Shown here piece by piece: positions 13,631 to 24,790 of a DNA stretch of 64,000 nt (position 1 is its first letter; each line of letters starts with the position of its first letter). The stretch is from the NCBI RefSeq assembly GCF_035084215.1, contig NC_090353.1, positions 31,868,001 through 31,932,000 of the forward strand, written 5' to 3'. Source of the DNA: Heptranchias perlo (Eukaryota). The notes under the pieces were generated by a model, which saw nothing but the letters and a program-made list of their open reading frames with translations, ran no database searches and had not been told where the DNA came from. The translations under genes were made by a program, and so were the position numbers.

Positions 13631-14720
13631 CCAACTCAAACTGTACAAACTTCCCGATATGCGACAAGACAGTTAATAATCAACTTTATGTAGTACTGTG
13701 TGACTCAGAATATACGACAGTTTGGTAAGTCAAGGGCAACAGCATGGATTTCTCCGGGTGCAGATACACTGCCACTTTGCTATCGATGCGATGTGGTTTT
13801 AAAATCAGGTCCTGCTCTCAAAATTGGGCTTGGCTCAGTTTGGAGTATAACCAGGTTTATGAAGTGCTTGGGGAGTCCGCTGGAACTCTCCGGCATTTTA
13901 TTAACATTTTCCCCAGAGATTTTTACAAGGAAACAAATGCAGCTAACTGCCAGTCCTTAAAATATTAATAGTTCATCGGCCAGGAGCGAAGTGCCCATTT
14001 AGGCACCAAGCTCTCTCTGGCAGGCAAATTGCGATTCACGGCCTCTTGCCGGAATCAGCAGTATGGTATAACTGCAGCCTTTATGAGTGACAGTAACATC
14101 TATACCGACTGGATGCAGAACAGGCCTATGTTTGCAATGACACGATAAGGAGGTTCTTGCAAAACTACCGCCATACGTCCTCTTTAAATGAACATCTCAA
14201 GACTACCTTTGAGGGGAATTAGTTGCTTGGAAAAAAAAGGACTATTACAGGATATGGGGAGCGAGCAGGAAACTGTAGGTTAGACGAGGAAGCTCATGGA
14301 GAAAAACACTGGCTCGATGGGCCAAATGGCCTGTTTCTGTGCTGTGAAATTCTATGTTCCTAACTCAATATTTTCTTCTTACAATCTCATTTAAAGATGG
14401 ATTTGTGTGACTATATTCCAAGAATTGGTTTTTGCGCTGGACGAGCATGATCTGGGTTAACAGTAGAGGTCAGAAGTTTTTACATTCATTTTCTCCCCTT
14501 CCACTACTGGAATCCCCCAATATCAGGAGGCGGCTACAGCCAAGGGAGCAGCAAACCTACTCACAGGCCTCTGCCAATCCTATTCTAATGGGCACTTTGA
14601 CATTTAAGCTTGGGATCACAGGAGCGTGCTGTGCAAACGGAGGCCCATGACTTGCGTGTGCTGCTGCCGTGCCTTATCTTTACCTCCTGCTGCCATTAAT
14701 TGGTAAAAAAGGAAGAGAAT

Positions 14721-15354
14721 CAGTGGGCCTGCTCACCTCCCTCAGCCTTTCGGTGTTAAGTGGAGACCTGATGACAGTTGGCAGGACCCATGGCAATGGG
14801 GGCCTCTGGAGTTCGTTTTCAACAATGGAGGCACCCCACATCAGGAGGAAAAACAGCCTTAAAAATCACCTCTGGAAGACTCAAAAAAACAGATCATCAT
14901 TGCTGGCCTCAAGCGATCCAGCCAAGATCTCAGCTGCTTAGGAAAAGTTGTGACTACGAAGCAATGCTCCACAATGCACCCATTCCTGCTCCAACATGCT
15001 CAGGGTTGTCACAGACTGACCCTTTCAAACTGTTATCGTATTTATCTCAGTGACTGAATGAAATGAAGGGCAGTCCAATCCTCGTCTGTGGTCCTGCTGC
15101 GCCCCTTCATTCCCCTATAGGCCCAGGACTCAACCCGACCACAAGCCCTCCGACAGCTTCCAGCCTTTCCGTCCCTTTTCTTTTTGGTACACGTTGAGAA
15201 AGCAGAGCCAAAGTCCTCTGCGCAGTCAGCGCCAAGGCTGAAAACATCAAAGCAAATAAAAAAAGGTGGCTGCTAAATAACAACAAGCTTGGGACTGAAA
15301 AGTATGAAGATTGTAAGAGGAAGGAAAGGCTGAGGGAGGTGAGCAGGCCCACTG
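14721..15354. repeat. 634-bp segment bounded by a perfect 31-bp inverted repeat
   Basis: cagtgggcctgctcacctccctcagcctttc (14721-14751) and its exact reverse complement (15324-15354). Confidence 0.85.
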
Positions 15355-18300
15355 TTTAAAGAACTTGGATAAAAAGGATTTAAAGTAACACATGGTAAGC
15401 CTTGCTCAGGCCCTCCTTCACCTGTACTAACCCCACCTAAGACTGGGAAACAGACCAGCGACTTGTATCAGCTACCTTCTGGCTCTTGAGCAGTACGTAT
15501 GAAATAATGAACTACATTTGGATTGCTCTGTATGAAATATTTCAGTTCCCTTTTACCTAAACTCTGATCTTCCTTATTTGCACAATACAATATGAATGCA
15601 GAACTTAATTGGTGCAAGGTAACAAATCCTATATTTCACTCTGAAATCAAGTTTCTCCACTGAGACCCAACACAAATGAATGTTCACATGAGCACAAACA
15701 CTCAAAAGATAAGCGACAAATGCTGGAAATCTGAACTAAAGACTGACTTGTAGTTATGTAGTGCCCCAGATCTCAAAGTGTTCCACACAGAAGAAGTCAT
15801 TTGAAGTGCAGTGATTGTTACGTGGGTAAACATGCAACCATTTTGAACACAGCATGGTCTCATGAACAGCAATGAGATGAAGAACCAGTTAACCCGTATT
15901 TAATAGTGTTGATAGAGACAGGAATTTTGGTCAAGAGAGGAATGTTATTCAGGACAAATAGAATAACGGAATCTTTAATATCCACATGAATTACTGGAGC
16001 AGATTTATCATTTCAACTGAAAAAAAATAGCACTTCTGACAAATGCAGCACTCCCTCAGTACTGAGGGCTCTGGTCCTGGAATGGGGCTTGAAACCACTA
16101 GAGGTGAGAATGCTGCCTCAAATTAAAAGCAGAAAGTGCTGTAAATACACAGCATTAGCATTGAAAAGAGAAAAAGATGGGCAAACGATCGGGTGGGAAT
16201 CTGCATCGCAAGGCTCCCCCTTAAAAAGCTAACCTGTTTTTCTCTTCCAGGGCCTACACTGAAGCATATTTACAGCATTTTCTGTTCAATAGTGGTGACT
16301 AATTATTTCTTCATGGTTAAATGTATGCCGTACCCTTATGGATTACAATCCTGAATATAATTAGCAGATTAAAGAGGAAGTAGATTCATCTAAATTACCA
16401 CAAAATGCTACTCTGACTGCTGTCTCTCCTGCTCGTCCTTTGTTCTTATGCTTTAGAACTGCTGGTTAGAGGTAGCCTGGGAGCAGACATTTAGTGTGCA
16501 ATCTTTTTCTAGTGACATCAAGGAGGGACTGTTTCCCACAGCTCTGCATTCCCTTTCAGAATGTCATTGAAAATGAAATATACCAGCACCGACTTCAGCA
16601 GCATATTCCCCAGAAACATAGTTTAGAAAGAATGACTCTGTTAAGTTTTACCTTTGAAATTGCTCTGTCGATTTTGAAGAACTAAGTTAGCTTACCAGTC
16701 ACAGTGTAATGTCTTCCAAATGGGGGCACAACAGCCCCCGAAAAGGGATGGAAAGTTGAACACTGCACTGAACAGTGGGAAATGTGAACAGGGAGATTGT
16801 ATATACTGACAGAGAATACAGTAGAGTGTAAAATTAGCACCAGCAGCCGTTTCCCCTTACATCTGCCTGTTCCGGTGGCTCGGGTAGATGTTAAAGATGC
16901 CGTGCACTATTCAAAGCAGAACAAGAAAGTCTCCCGGTGACCGGGCCAACATTCCTTCTTCAACCAGCACCGCCAGAAACTGATTAACTGGCCGTTCACC
17001 TTGTTGCTATTTGTAGGAGCTTGCTGTGCGTTAAAAAGCTGCCCTCTGAATACTTAACACGTTACTGCATTTCAAAGCAATCCATTCCGGAGAGTCCAGA
17101 AAACTGAGCATTACTGTCTATTTACACAGGGTAAAGATAGTCAGACAGAGCTGCCATGTTCAATAGTCCTTTTTAATGATAAAAAAAATGTTCACAATTA
17201 AAATGGAAAAGCCTGTAGTGACAATCGCACAGAGACTGCAATCACTTTAATAACGCTTAACCGGTCAGTCACATTTTACCTTATAGTTAATTAAACATCA
17301 GCTCTGGTAACTAGCTTATCTTAAAAATAAAAAATTTTCATTGTTACTTTATCACACGACGTGTCACGAAGGGTAATAAGGGACAAAGTTTAAATACTTC
17401 AGAATCCAGGCAGAACGAGCTTTGTTTTTTTAGTACGAATTGGCTACATTTGATTTGTGCAAAAAAAATTGGCTTTCAGAAGAGGTACTGATAATTTCAT
17501 GAGAAATTTTAAGCAAAAACTTTTAGCTGAGGTGTGTAATGTAATCATTTTAAAGTTGTTGGCTCACAAACGTTTTTGAGTGTCACCACCTGTCCCTCAG
17601 GACGATCTTTGTGATAAGTCATCAGTTTTATGTAGAGAATAAAACAGCCAATAAAATGGGGGGGGGGGGGAAATATGCAAGTGAGGTCACATGCTCTGAG
17701 ATGGCAGTTAAGCTTCCAATTACACTTAACAAAACGTGCGCTGGGTATAAACTGTCAGCTACAGGGAATACGGTGCGAGATGGTACGTGAGCTCCAAGCA
17801 GTAAGACAAGCTGTTAATTTCTTGCCAATGTGAACTGAAAGAAAGGCAGACTTTTAAAACAGGGTGCACACACCAGGAGAAAGATAGATTTATAGTGTCT
17901 TGCGCCTTCTTAGAACAAATCAAAGATTTCACAACCAATGGATTACTTTTGAAGTGTAGTCACTGTTATGTAGGCAACACAACAAGGTCCCATAAACAGG
18001 AGTGAGATAAACAACCAGTTCACCAACATTTGATGCGGGGATCAAAACAAATGCATGATCCACATGAAATCTCAAAATTAACCCTAGAGTCCCTTCAAAA
18101 GCCCCCTCTCAACCTCCCTATCTTCTTCCTATGACTCTACATGCCCTCTTTATTTCCTCCTCTTCTCCAAAGCTGCCTCCAGGAGCAGACCTCCCAAAAC
18201 TCCCTAATTTCTAGTGCAACACCCTATGAGCAATTCGACGTGCATCTATGTCACACGCACTATAGCTAAGTTTACTGGTACACTTTGCATTAAACAGAAG

Positions 18301-18621
18301 AGCAGAGCTGTCAAAATCAGGGAACTTTGAGGTATGAAATTTATGAACAAAATAGATTACAAGCCCATTTAAACACACAAAGCTTTGTTTATGTTTAAAA
18401 GTAAGGCGTCAAAACAGGCGACAGCCTCAAACTAAAATGCACATCACATTCAAAATGAGTGACACTTAGAAATACTTCAACATTTGGCCAATTCTTCTAT
18501 TTTTTGCTGTATTTGAGGTGGTAACCCTCCACCTCCTTTTCCCATTTTCTCTGCTGCCAGACCGACCCCCCTCTCCTCCTATTTCCCTCAAACCCTTCAC
18601 CCCAAATCCCAAACCTCCCCA

Positions 18622-19122
18622 ATGCCCCCCTCCGCTCCCACCCTCCCTCTCCCTCCCTCTCCACCACCTCCTTCCCTCTCCCCCACCACCTCCTCCCACC
18701 CACCCTCCTCTCCCCCACCACCTCCTCCCACCCTCCCTCCTCTCCCCCACCACCTCCTCCTCCCACCCTCCTCTCCCCCACCACCACCTCCTCCCACCCT
18801 CCTCTCCCCCACCACCACCTCCTCCCACCCTCCTCTCCCCCACCACCACCTCCTCCCACCCTCCTCTCCCCCACCACCACCTCCTCCCACCCCCTCCTCC
18901 ACCACCTCCTCCCACCCACCACCACCTCCTCCCACCCTCCCTCCTCTCCCCCACCACCACCTCCTCCCACCCTCCCTCCTCTCCCCCACCACCACCTCCT
19001 CCCACCCTCCCTCCTCTCCCCCACCACCACCTCCTCCCTCCCTCCTCTCCCCCACCACCTCCTCCCTCCCTCCCTCCTCTCCCCCACCACCTCCTCCCAC
19101 CCCACCACCTCCTCCCACCCCA
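18622..19122. repeat. C-rich (G-rich on the transcribed strand) minisatellite, ~31-35 bp unit ccccaccaccacctcctcccaccctcctctc
   Basis: About 500 bp of repeated units starting ~10 bp inside FAM174C intron 1. It produces the spurious Pro/His and Gly/Trp/Glu ORFs in the track. Confidence 0.92.
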
Positions 19123-19133
19123 TTGCCCCATAC

Positions 19134-19402
19134 CTGACGCTCCTGATGATGAAGTACACCACCCCGAGGCCGCTGATGCCGAGCAGCACCCACAGGGCCC
19201 GGCGGATCACCGACTTGTCGGGGTATCCGTCATGGGGGTGCGTGGTGCTGTGCCCGGAGCCGCTGCTGTTGCGGGCCGTGGTGTTATTGAGGCCGGGGGC
19301 CGGCTGGCCGGCCTCCGATAGTGAGAGGGACAGGCAGAGAGCGGCGGCCAGCAGAAGAGACGCGGGGCCAAGAACCGGGACCGAGCCGCCGCCGAGTTTC
19401 AT
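19134..19402 (-). CDS. FAM174C: FAM174C-like single-pass membrane protein, coding exon 1 (signal peptide, Ser/Thr-rich ectodomain with N-glycosylation sequons, TM helix)
   Basis: ATG at 19402 gives MKLGGG...LLLAAALCLSLSLSEAG...NNTT..NSS...RRALWVLLGISGLGVVYFIIRSV. Donor AG|GTATGG at 19134/19133 is phase 2 and joins exon 2 in frame. Confidence 0.88.
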
Positions 19403-19520
19403 CCTCCAGGTGCTTTCCGTCAGATTCCTGTTTCTGGGCCCGGGGGAATTTCACACCGTGACACCCACGCCACAGGAAAGGCGCCACACACAAAATCCTC
19501 CGGGCTACAGCAGGCAACCA
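19140..19520. promoter_or_regulatory. CpG island over FAM174C exon 1 and 5' UTR/promoter
   Basis: Locally GC- and CpG-rich (ggcggatcac, gcgggccg, cgagccgccgccg) in a CpG-poor background, overlapping the start codon. Confidence 0.65.
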
Positions 19521-19796
19521 GGAAACTGGGACCAGCCACAGGCACAACAGAGACCAGGAATTAATGAATCACTAATCTGAGCAGCTTTTGTTTTTAAGTA
19601 TAGATTTCATGGCCTGGACAACTAATCTATTTTTTTGATTAGGATCAAACAGGGTTGGTGGAGGTTCTGCACCTTGACTTTTACAAAGTTTTTGATGAGG
19701 TCACTCACATGGAGACTTACTGACTGAAACTAAAGCTCATTGTAGAATAAATTCCAATGGTCCCTTTTTTATTTTTGCTGTGACTCGGTTTACTTT

Positions 19797-21331
19797 TGTA
19801 AACAATTTTACAACACCAAGTTATAGTCCAGCAATTTTATTTTAAATTCACAAGCTTTCGGAGATTTTCTCCTTCCTCAGGCAAATGTTTCAAGATCTCC
19901 TTGAAGCCTACGCATTTATACATATTGAACAATAATAAATGGTGTTTACAGACTGCCTCTGCAACTGCCCGTTGCCAAGGCAATCACCGTGTTCAGACAG
20001 AGAGGTGTTACCTGCAGAACCTCCGAATACACATTCAATAAAAAAACAAACAGGGAAAAAAAAAGGAGAAAAAAAACACAGAGAGAGGCAGAAACATCCG
20101 GAAGGCAGAGAGAGCCAGCAAATGACCCATTATATTAAAAACAGATAACATTTGTTCGCTGGTGGGGTAACGTGTAGCGTGACATGAACCCAAGATCCCG
20201 GTTGAGGCCGTCCTCATGGGTGCGGAACTTGGCTATCAATTTCTGCTCGACGATTTTGCGTTGTCGTGTGTCTCGAAGGCCGCCTTGGAGTACGCTTACC
20301 CGAAGGTCGGTGGATGAATGTCCATGACTGCTGAAGTGTTCCCCGACTGGGAGGGAACCCTCCTGTTTGGCGATTGTTGCGCGGTGTCCGTTCATCCGTT
20401 GTCGCAGCGTCTGCATGGTCTCGCCAATGTACCATGCTCTGGGGCATCCTTTCCTGCAACGTATGAGGTAGACAACGTTGGCTGAGTCACAGGAGTATGA
20501 ACCATGCACCTGGTGGGTGGTGTCATCTCGTGTGATGGTGGTATCTGTGTCGATGATCTGGCATGTCTTGCAGAGGTTACCGTGGCAGGGTTGTGTGGCG
20601 TCGTGGACGCTGTTCTCTTGAAAGCTAGGTAGTTTGCTGCGAACGATGGTCTGTTTGAGGTTGGGTGGCTGTTTAAAGGCGAGTAGTGGAGGTGTGGGGA
20701 TGGCCATAGCGAGGTGTTTGTCCTCATTGATGACATGTTGAAGGCTGCGGAGAACATGGCGTAGTTTCTCCGCTCCGGGGAAGTACTGGACGACAAAGGG
20801 TACTCTGTTGGTTGCGTCCCGTGTTAGTCTCCTGAGGAGGTCTATGCGATTTTTTGCTGTGGCCCGTCGGAACTGTCGATCGATGAGTCGAGCGTCATAT
20901 CCCGTTCTTACTAGGGCGTCTTTCAGCGTCTGTAGGTGTCCATCGCGTTCCTCCTCGTCTGAGCAGACCCTGTGTATTCGCAGGGCCTGTCCATAGGGGA
21001 TGGCCTCTTTGACGTGGTTAGGGTGGAAGCTGGAAAAGTGGAGCATCGTGAGGTTGTCCGTGGGCTTGCGGTAGAGTGAGGTGCTGAGGTGCCCGTCTTT
21101 GATGGAGATTCGTGTGTCCAAGAAAGAAACTGATTCTGAGGAGTAGTCCATGGTGAGCTTGATGGTGGGATGGAACTTGTTGATGTTATCGTGTAGTCTC
21201 TTTAGTGATTCCTTGCCGTGGGTCCATAGAAAGAAAATGTCGTCGATGTATCTGGTGTATAGTGTTGGTTGGAGGTCTTGTGCAGTGAAGAAGTCCTGCT
21301 CGAACTTGTGCATGAAAATGTTGGCGTATTG
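19797..21331 (-). mobile_element. Penelope-like retroelement, 5'-truncated: RT C-terminal part, GIY-YIG endonuclease, 3' pseudo-LTR
   Basis: ORF 21313-20135 has the RT motif YTRYIDDIFFLW and the GIY-YIG motif NVVYLIRC...WYIGET with no stops. Flanked by a 10-bp direct repeat ggtttacttt (19787-19796 and 21332-21341). Confidence 0.95.
19847..19885 (-). ncRNA. Minimal hammerhead ribozyme motif in the Penelope 3' pLTR
   Basis: TTTGC-CTGAGGA-A-GGAGA(AAA)TCTCC-GAAAGCTT-GTGAA; helix II carries a compensatory change relative to the 9079 copy. Confidence 0.72.
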
Positions 21332-22989
21332 GGTTTACTTTGCAACTGTTCTTGCAACCTCATTGAATCACTCAAATTCAGCCCTCTCTAACAGATCTGA
21401 GTTTGTAAGGATCCTTTATGAAGAGTTTAGTTTGTCAATATGAACAATCAGCTCAAATGAGCTGATAGTTTCTGAGGATCGTAATTACAGATGTTTTTAT
21501 TTAAAGCCTATCTCCCAAAAAGTTATATGCAGCATATAAGCTGTTACAGTACAGCTTTTTACAACAGCAAAGGACCATTCTGGGGCGTGCTCAGCTGTTG
21601 CTTTATAGGAAGGTGTATTTTCTTCAAGACCACTTGGAGCCACTTTTTTGAGACAAGGAGAATGTTCTCTGGTGTGAATCCATTAACTGGCTTTTTTGAG
21701 CATTCCCGTCACTCCATTGGTGGAATTGCCATGGTTTGGAAATAAAGGGCGGAGCAGAAATGGGGACGAGCTTAACTTAATTTAAACAAATTACACTGAG
21801 ATTTATACTGCAGTGATATACGATGCAGATAGTTGGCTGGTTTGTGTGAGACACAATGCACCAGTTATGTTCTGTAATTTTAGCTGTTTTTGATTTGTTT
21901 ACACACACATGGTTGTGACCATTTTGTGAATTGCGAGCAGGAGACTTGGCTGCATGCCACTGACCACTCCATATTGCGCTTTAGTTTCCGTCCCGATGTC
22001 TCCTTCTCTGGGTTCTTGTCTAATGTGAATAAAAGTTTGCTCTTGCTTTTGTCTCGTGTGTTTATTCTGGTGCAGTGCACGAGATAAAACCAAGACAAAC
22101 TTTGTCCTTATCTGTAGGTAAAGTTTATCCACAGATATGAGCTACAAACTAACCGTGGACAAATAAAGGAATGGTCATAACAACCTTCCTGACTGTGATT
22201 GAAGCAGCAGTGAGAGGAAGGCTCATTGATACTGATATTATACCTTCAACAATGTGCCAATTCAATTTGTCCAATGAAGATGTAATTGTTACATTAATTT
22301 CCAGATAGGTAGCATTATTACTATTGGGACTGCCATTTTCAATATGAATATGCTGCTGATATTATCGATATACTTTCATTCCAATCTGTCAGTTTATTCC
22401 TTGTGAGCTCACCTTGATGGCTCAGTTCATAAGTGCACTGCCCTGTTGGAAAGAAAGAACTTGCAAATACATAACGGCTTTCACATCCTCAGGATAGTTC
22501 TACCTCTGCAGCCTTGAGTAGCTCTTTAAAGACTCTCAGTCTATACATAAATACAGATTGACTAACTCATCTAATTTCCTTGCCCTTTCTGCTTACCCTT
22601 TCAATGTTTTTCCTTTTCAAAGCTTAGGAATTGCTGTTTGACAATATATTTTTTATCCCTCAACAGTCTTGTCTTTTTCAAATATTTTTCTTGCTAAGTC
22701 GAAAGTTTGATTAACACGTTCTTATGACATTACTCTGTCCACTATATTAATGGAAGTGTTAGCCCGTTTATTTTGAATAAGGAACGAGATCATGCACAGC
22801 TGTAATGCCCTCCATGGTTAAGTATCCGGCCAACACTCACTGTCTAAATTAACATGTGTAGGGCGAGTTATTGGAGGACGATGATGCTCAGTGAACTGTA
22901 CCTCAGCAAGAGCCTACACTTTTGGAAGGGGAGGGGGGAGAAAATTGGGGTAAAGACAACCTTCCACCCCCTTCTCTGTCTCCTTAATC

Positions 22990-24790
22990 TCAAGGAGGGT
23001 GATGCTCCCCTTTCTTAGCTTCTACAATCCTTTCCTGCAGATCCACCACAGCAAGTGGGTAGAGGAGGAGGAAGATGAGGATAAGGAAGAGCAGCTGGGA
23101 AGACATTTCTTTCTTGTCAACTATCACAATGATGAAGATGACAAGGAAGAGGATGATGAGGACCAGGCCACACAGGAGTCCCTGGAGTACGATCCTGCCC
23201 TATGTGTCTCTACTCCAACCCTTTCAATGTTTAGCCCCTGCCGCACTTGCTTCCTTACTCCCAGGCCCCAGGTACTTTTACCTGGGACAATTAGAGAGTG
23301 TTCGTGAGGATGTGTTACTGAGTGATTCACAGAGCATAAGGATGAGGATGCATCATCTTCCCAACCCAGACTGAGGAGAAGACAGCCTATGGTTTTGGAG
23401 TCATGGGACCCTGAACTCATGGGTACTCGCCTGAAAAGAAATATGTCCAAGGAACCTCGTACCTACATGCAGGCTCTGAGGTCATGCTCCGATATTGTAT
23501 GGCAGCGGACAGGTGTGGCTCTCAAGTCTACAGCTGTCCTTTGCAGCAACATCTCAGAAGCTTTGTCTTTGTTGCAGGAACCAATGGAGCAATTGGCAGG
23601 GGCCAGTCAGTGCCTCCACCTCCACAGAAACACAGACTGCAGCTCTGATAGTGGCAGGGGAGAGAATGGAGGGCAGCCTGCATAGTGGCTTCCAAACCAT
23701 GGCAACTGCGATGTATGCCACTGTCCATCAGGGCTTTCAGGATCAGATAGCTACCATTAGACCAGCCATCCTACTGATGAGTGGGGCCACAGATGCCAGG
23801 CCCAGTGGAGTCCACCTGCCTGATATTGATGTCTCTCAGAACAGCAGCACATTCCGGGCCTCCGGTCTTCCCCCTCATACCACCATGCCAGTGGAACAGA
23901 GGAGGCGTTACCAGACTGCCCAGGGTCAAGCACTGGGGATTCAGCTCCCTGTCAAGGAGCAAGTTGCCATGAGATGAGGCTACCTCAGTCTCATGGACTC
24001 TTTTGTAGAGCATGAGGAGACAACCATCTGCTGCGATCCTAGCCCTCAGATTGCACCTAGAAGAAGCACTAGGACAGGTGACAGAAAGGCACGTGTAGAC
24101 ACAAAGGGAAAGAACGGTGATAAGCAAGAGTGGATTGGCTCATGTACGTGTTGCAATTGACTGTGCACTGACATGGCACCTTGTTATTCATGGAGGTTAG
24201 AGTCATACCGGAAAGGGGGCAATTATTTGGTGCTGACACGCTTATGTAGAGACAAAGAGGGCTCGTGTTTTCAGGTTGTAGGTTGGGTAGTAGATTAAGG
24301 GAATGTCCCTTTAATGGAAGTGGGGGAGAAGGAGGTAAGGTACTGGTGTCAAAGGTAGACTGTTACATGGAAGAGAAGACATCAGTGATGCTTTGTGTTC
24401 TGATGCCCCTTGCAGGAGTCCTCTGAGTGATGGACGTCATGGTGTATATCTCTTGCATGTAGTTCTGACTCCAGTGTAACCAGGGTCTCCTCATCCGCAA
24501 TGTCAAAGTCCAGCCTTTTGTAAATGGCAAAGTAGGCTACAACTATTGGTGATGCACAATCTGGAGTGTGCTGCAGAGCCCCTCCCGACCTGCCCAACGG
24601 TCCTCTCGATTGGCCATCTAATAGCGACATGCGTCTCATTGTAACACTCCTCTGCTGCTGTTCAGGACACTCTCAGTGGCGCCATTGGGCCACTGGAGCC
24701 TTTGCCACCCACAAGAGGTCAAAGAAGGCTGGGTTTCGAAGGAACGAAGACATCATGACAGCATATTGGGCTTTTAGCAGAGTTCCTTTA
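22990..24790. mobile_element. Degraded PIF/Harbinger transposon: HARBI1-like transposase remnant (minus, ~24380-24790) and a possible convergent partner-gene remnant (plus, ~23000-24120)
   Basis: Minus-strand frames give AEECYNETHVAIRWPIERTVG and RSGGALQHTPDCASPIVVA, resembling the Harbinger DDE C-terminus (E.RYN.AH..TR..IERTIG...RSGGALQY.P). The partner gene is inferred only from position and acidic ORF pieces. Confidence 0.55.

Noticed and set aside
18466-19321. Long Pro/His-rich and Gly/Trp/Glu-rich ORFs, including the 301-aa read-through of FAM174C exon 1
   Set aside because: They arise from a stop-free low-complexity repeat. The real frame leaves at the GT donor at 19133.
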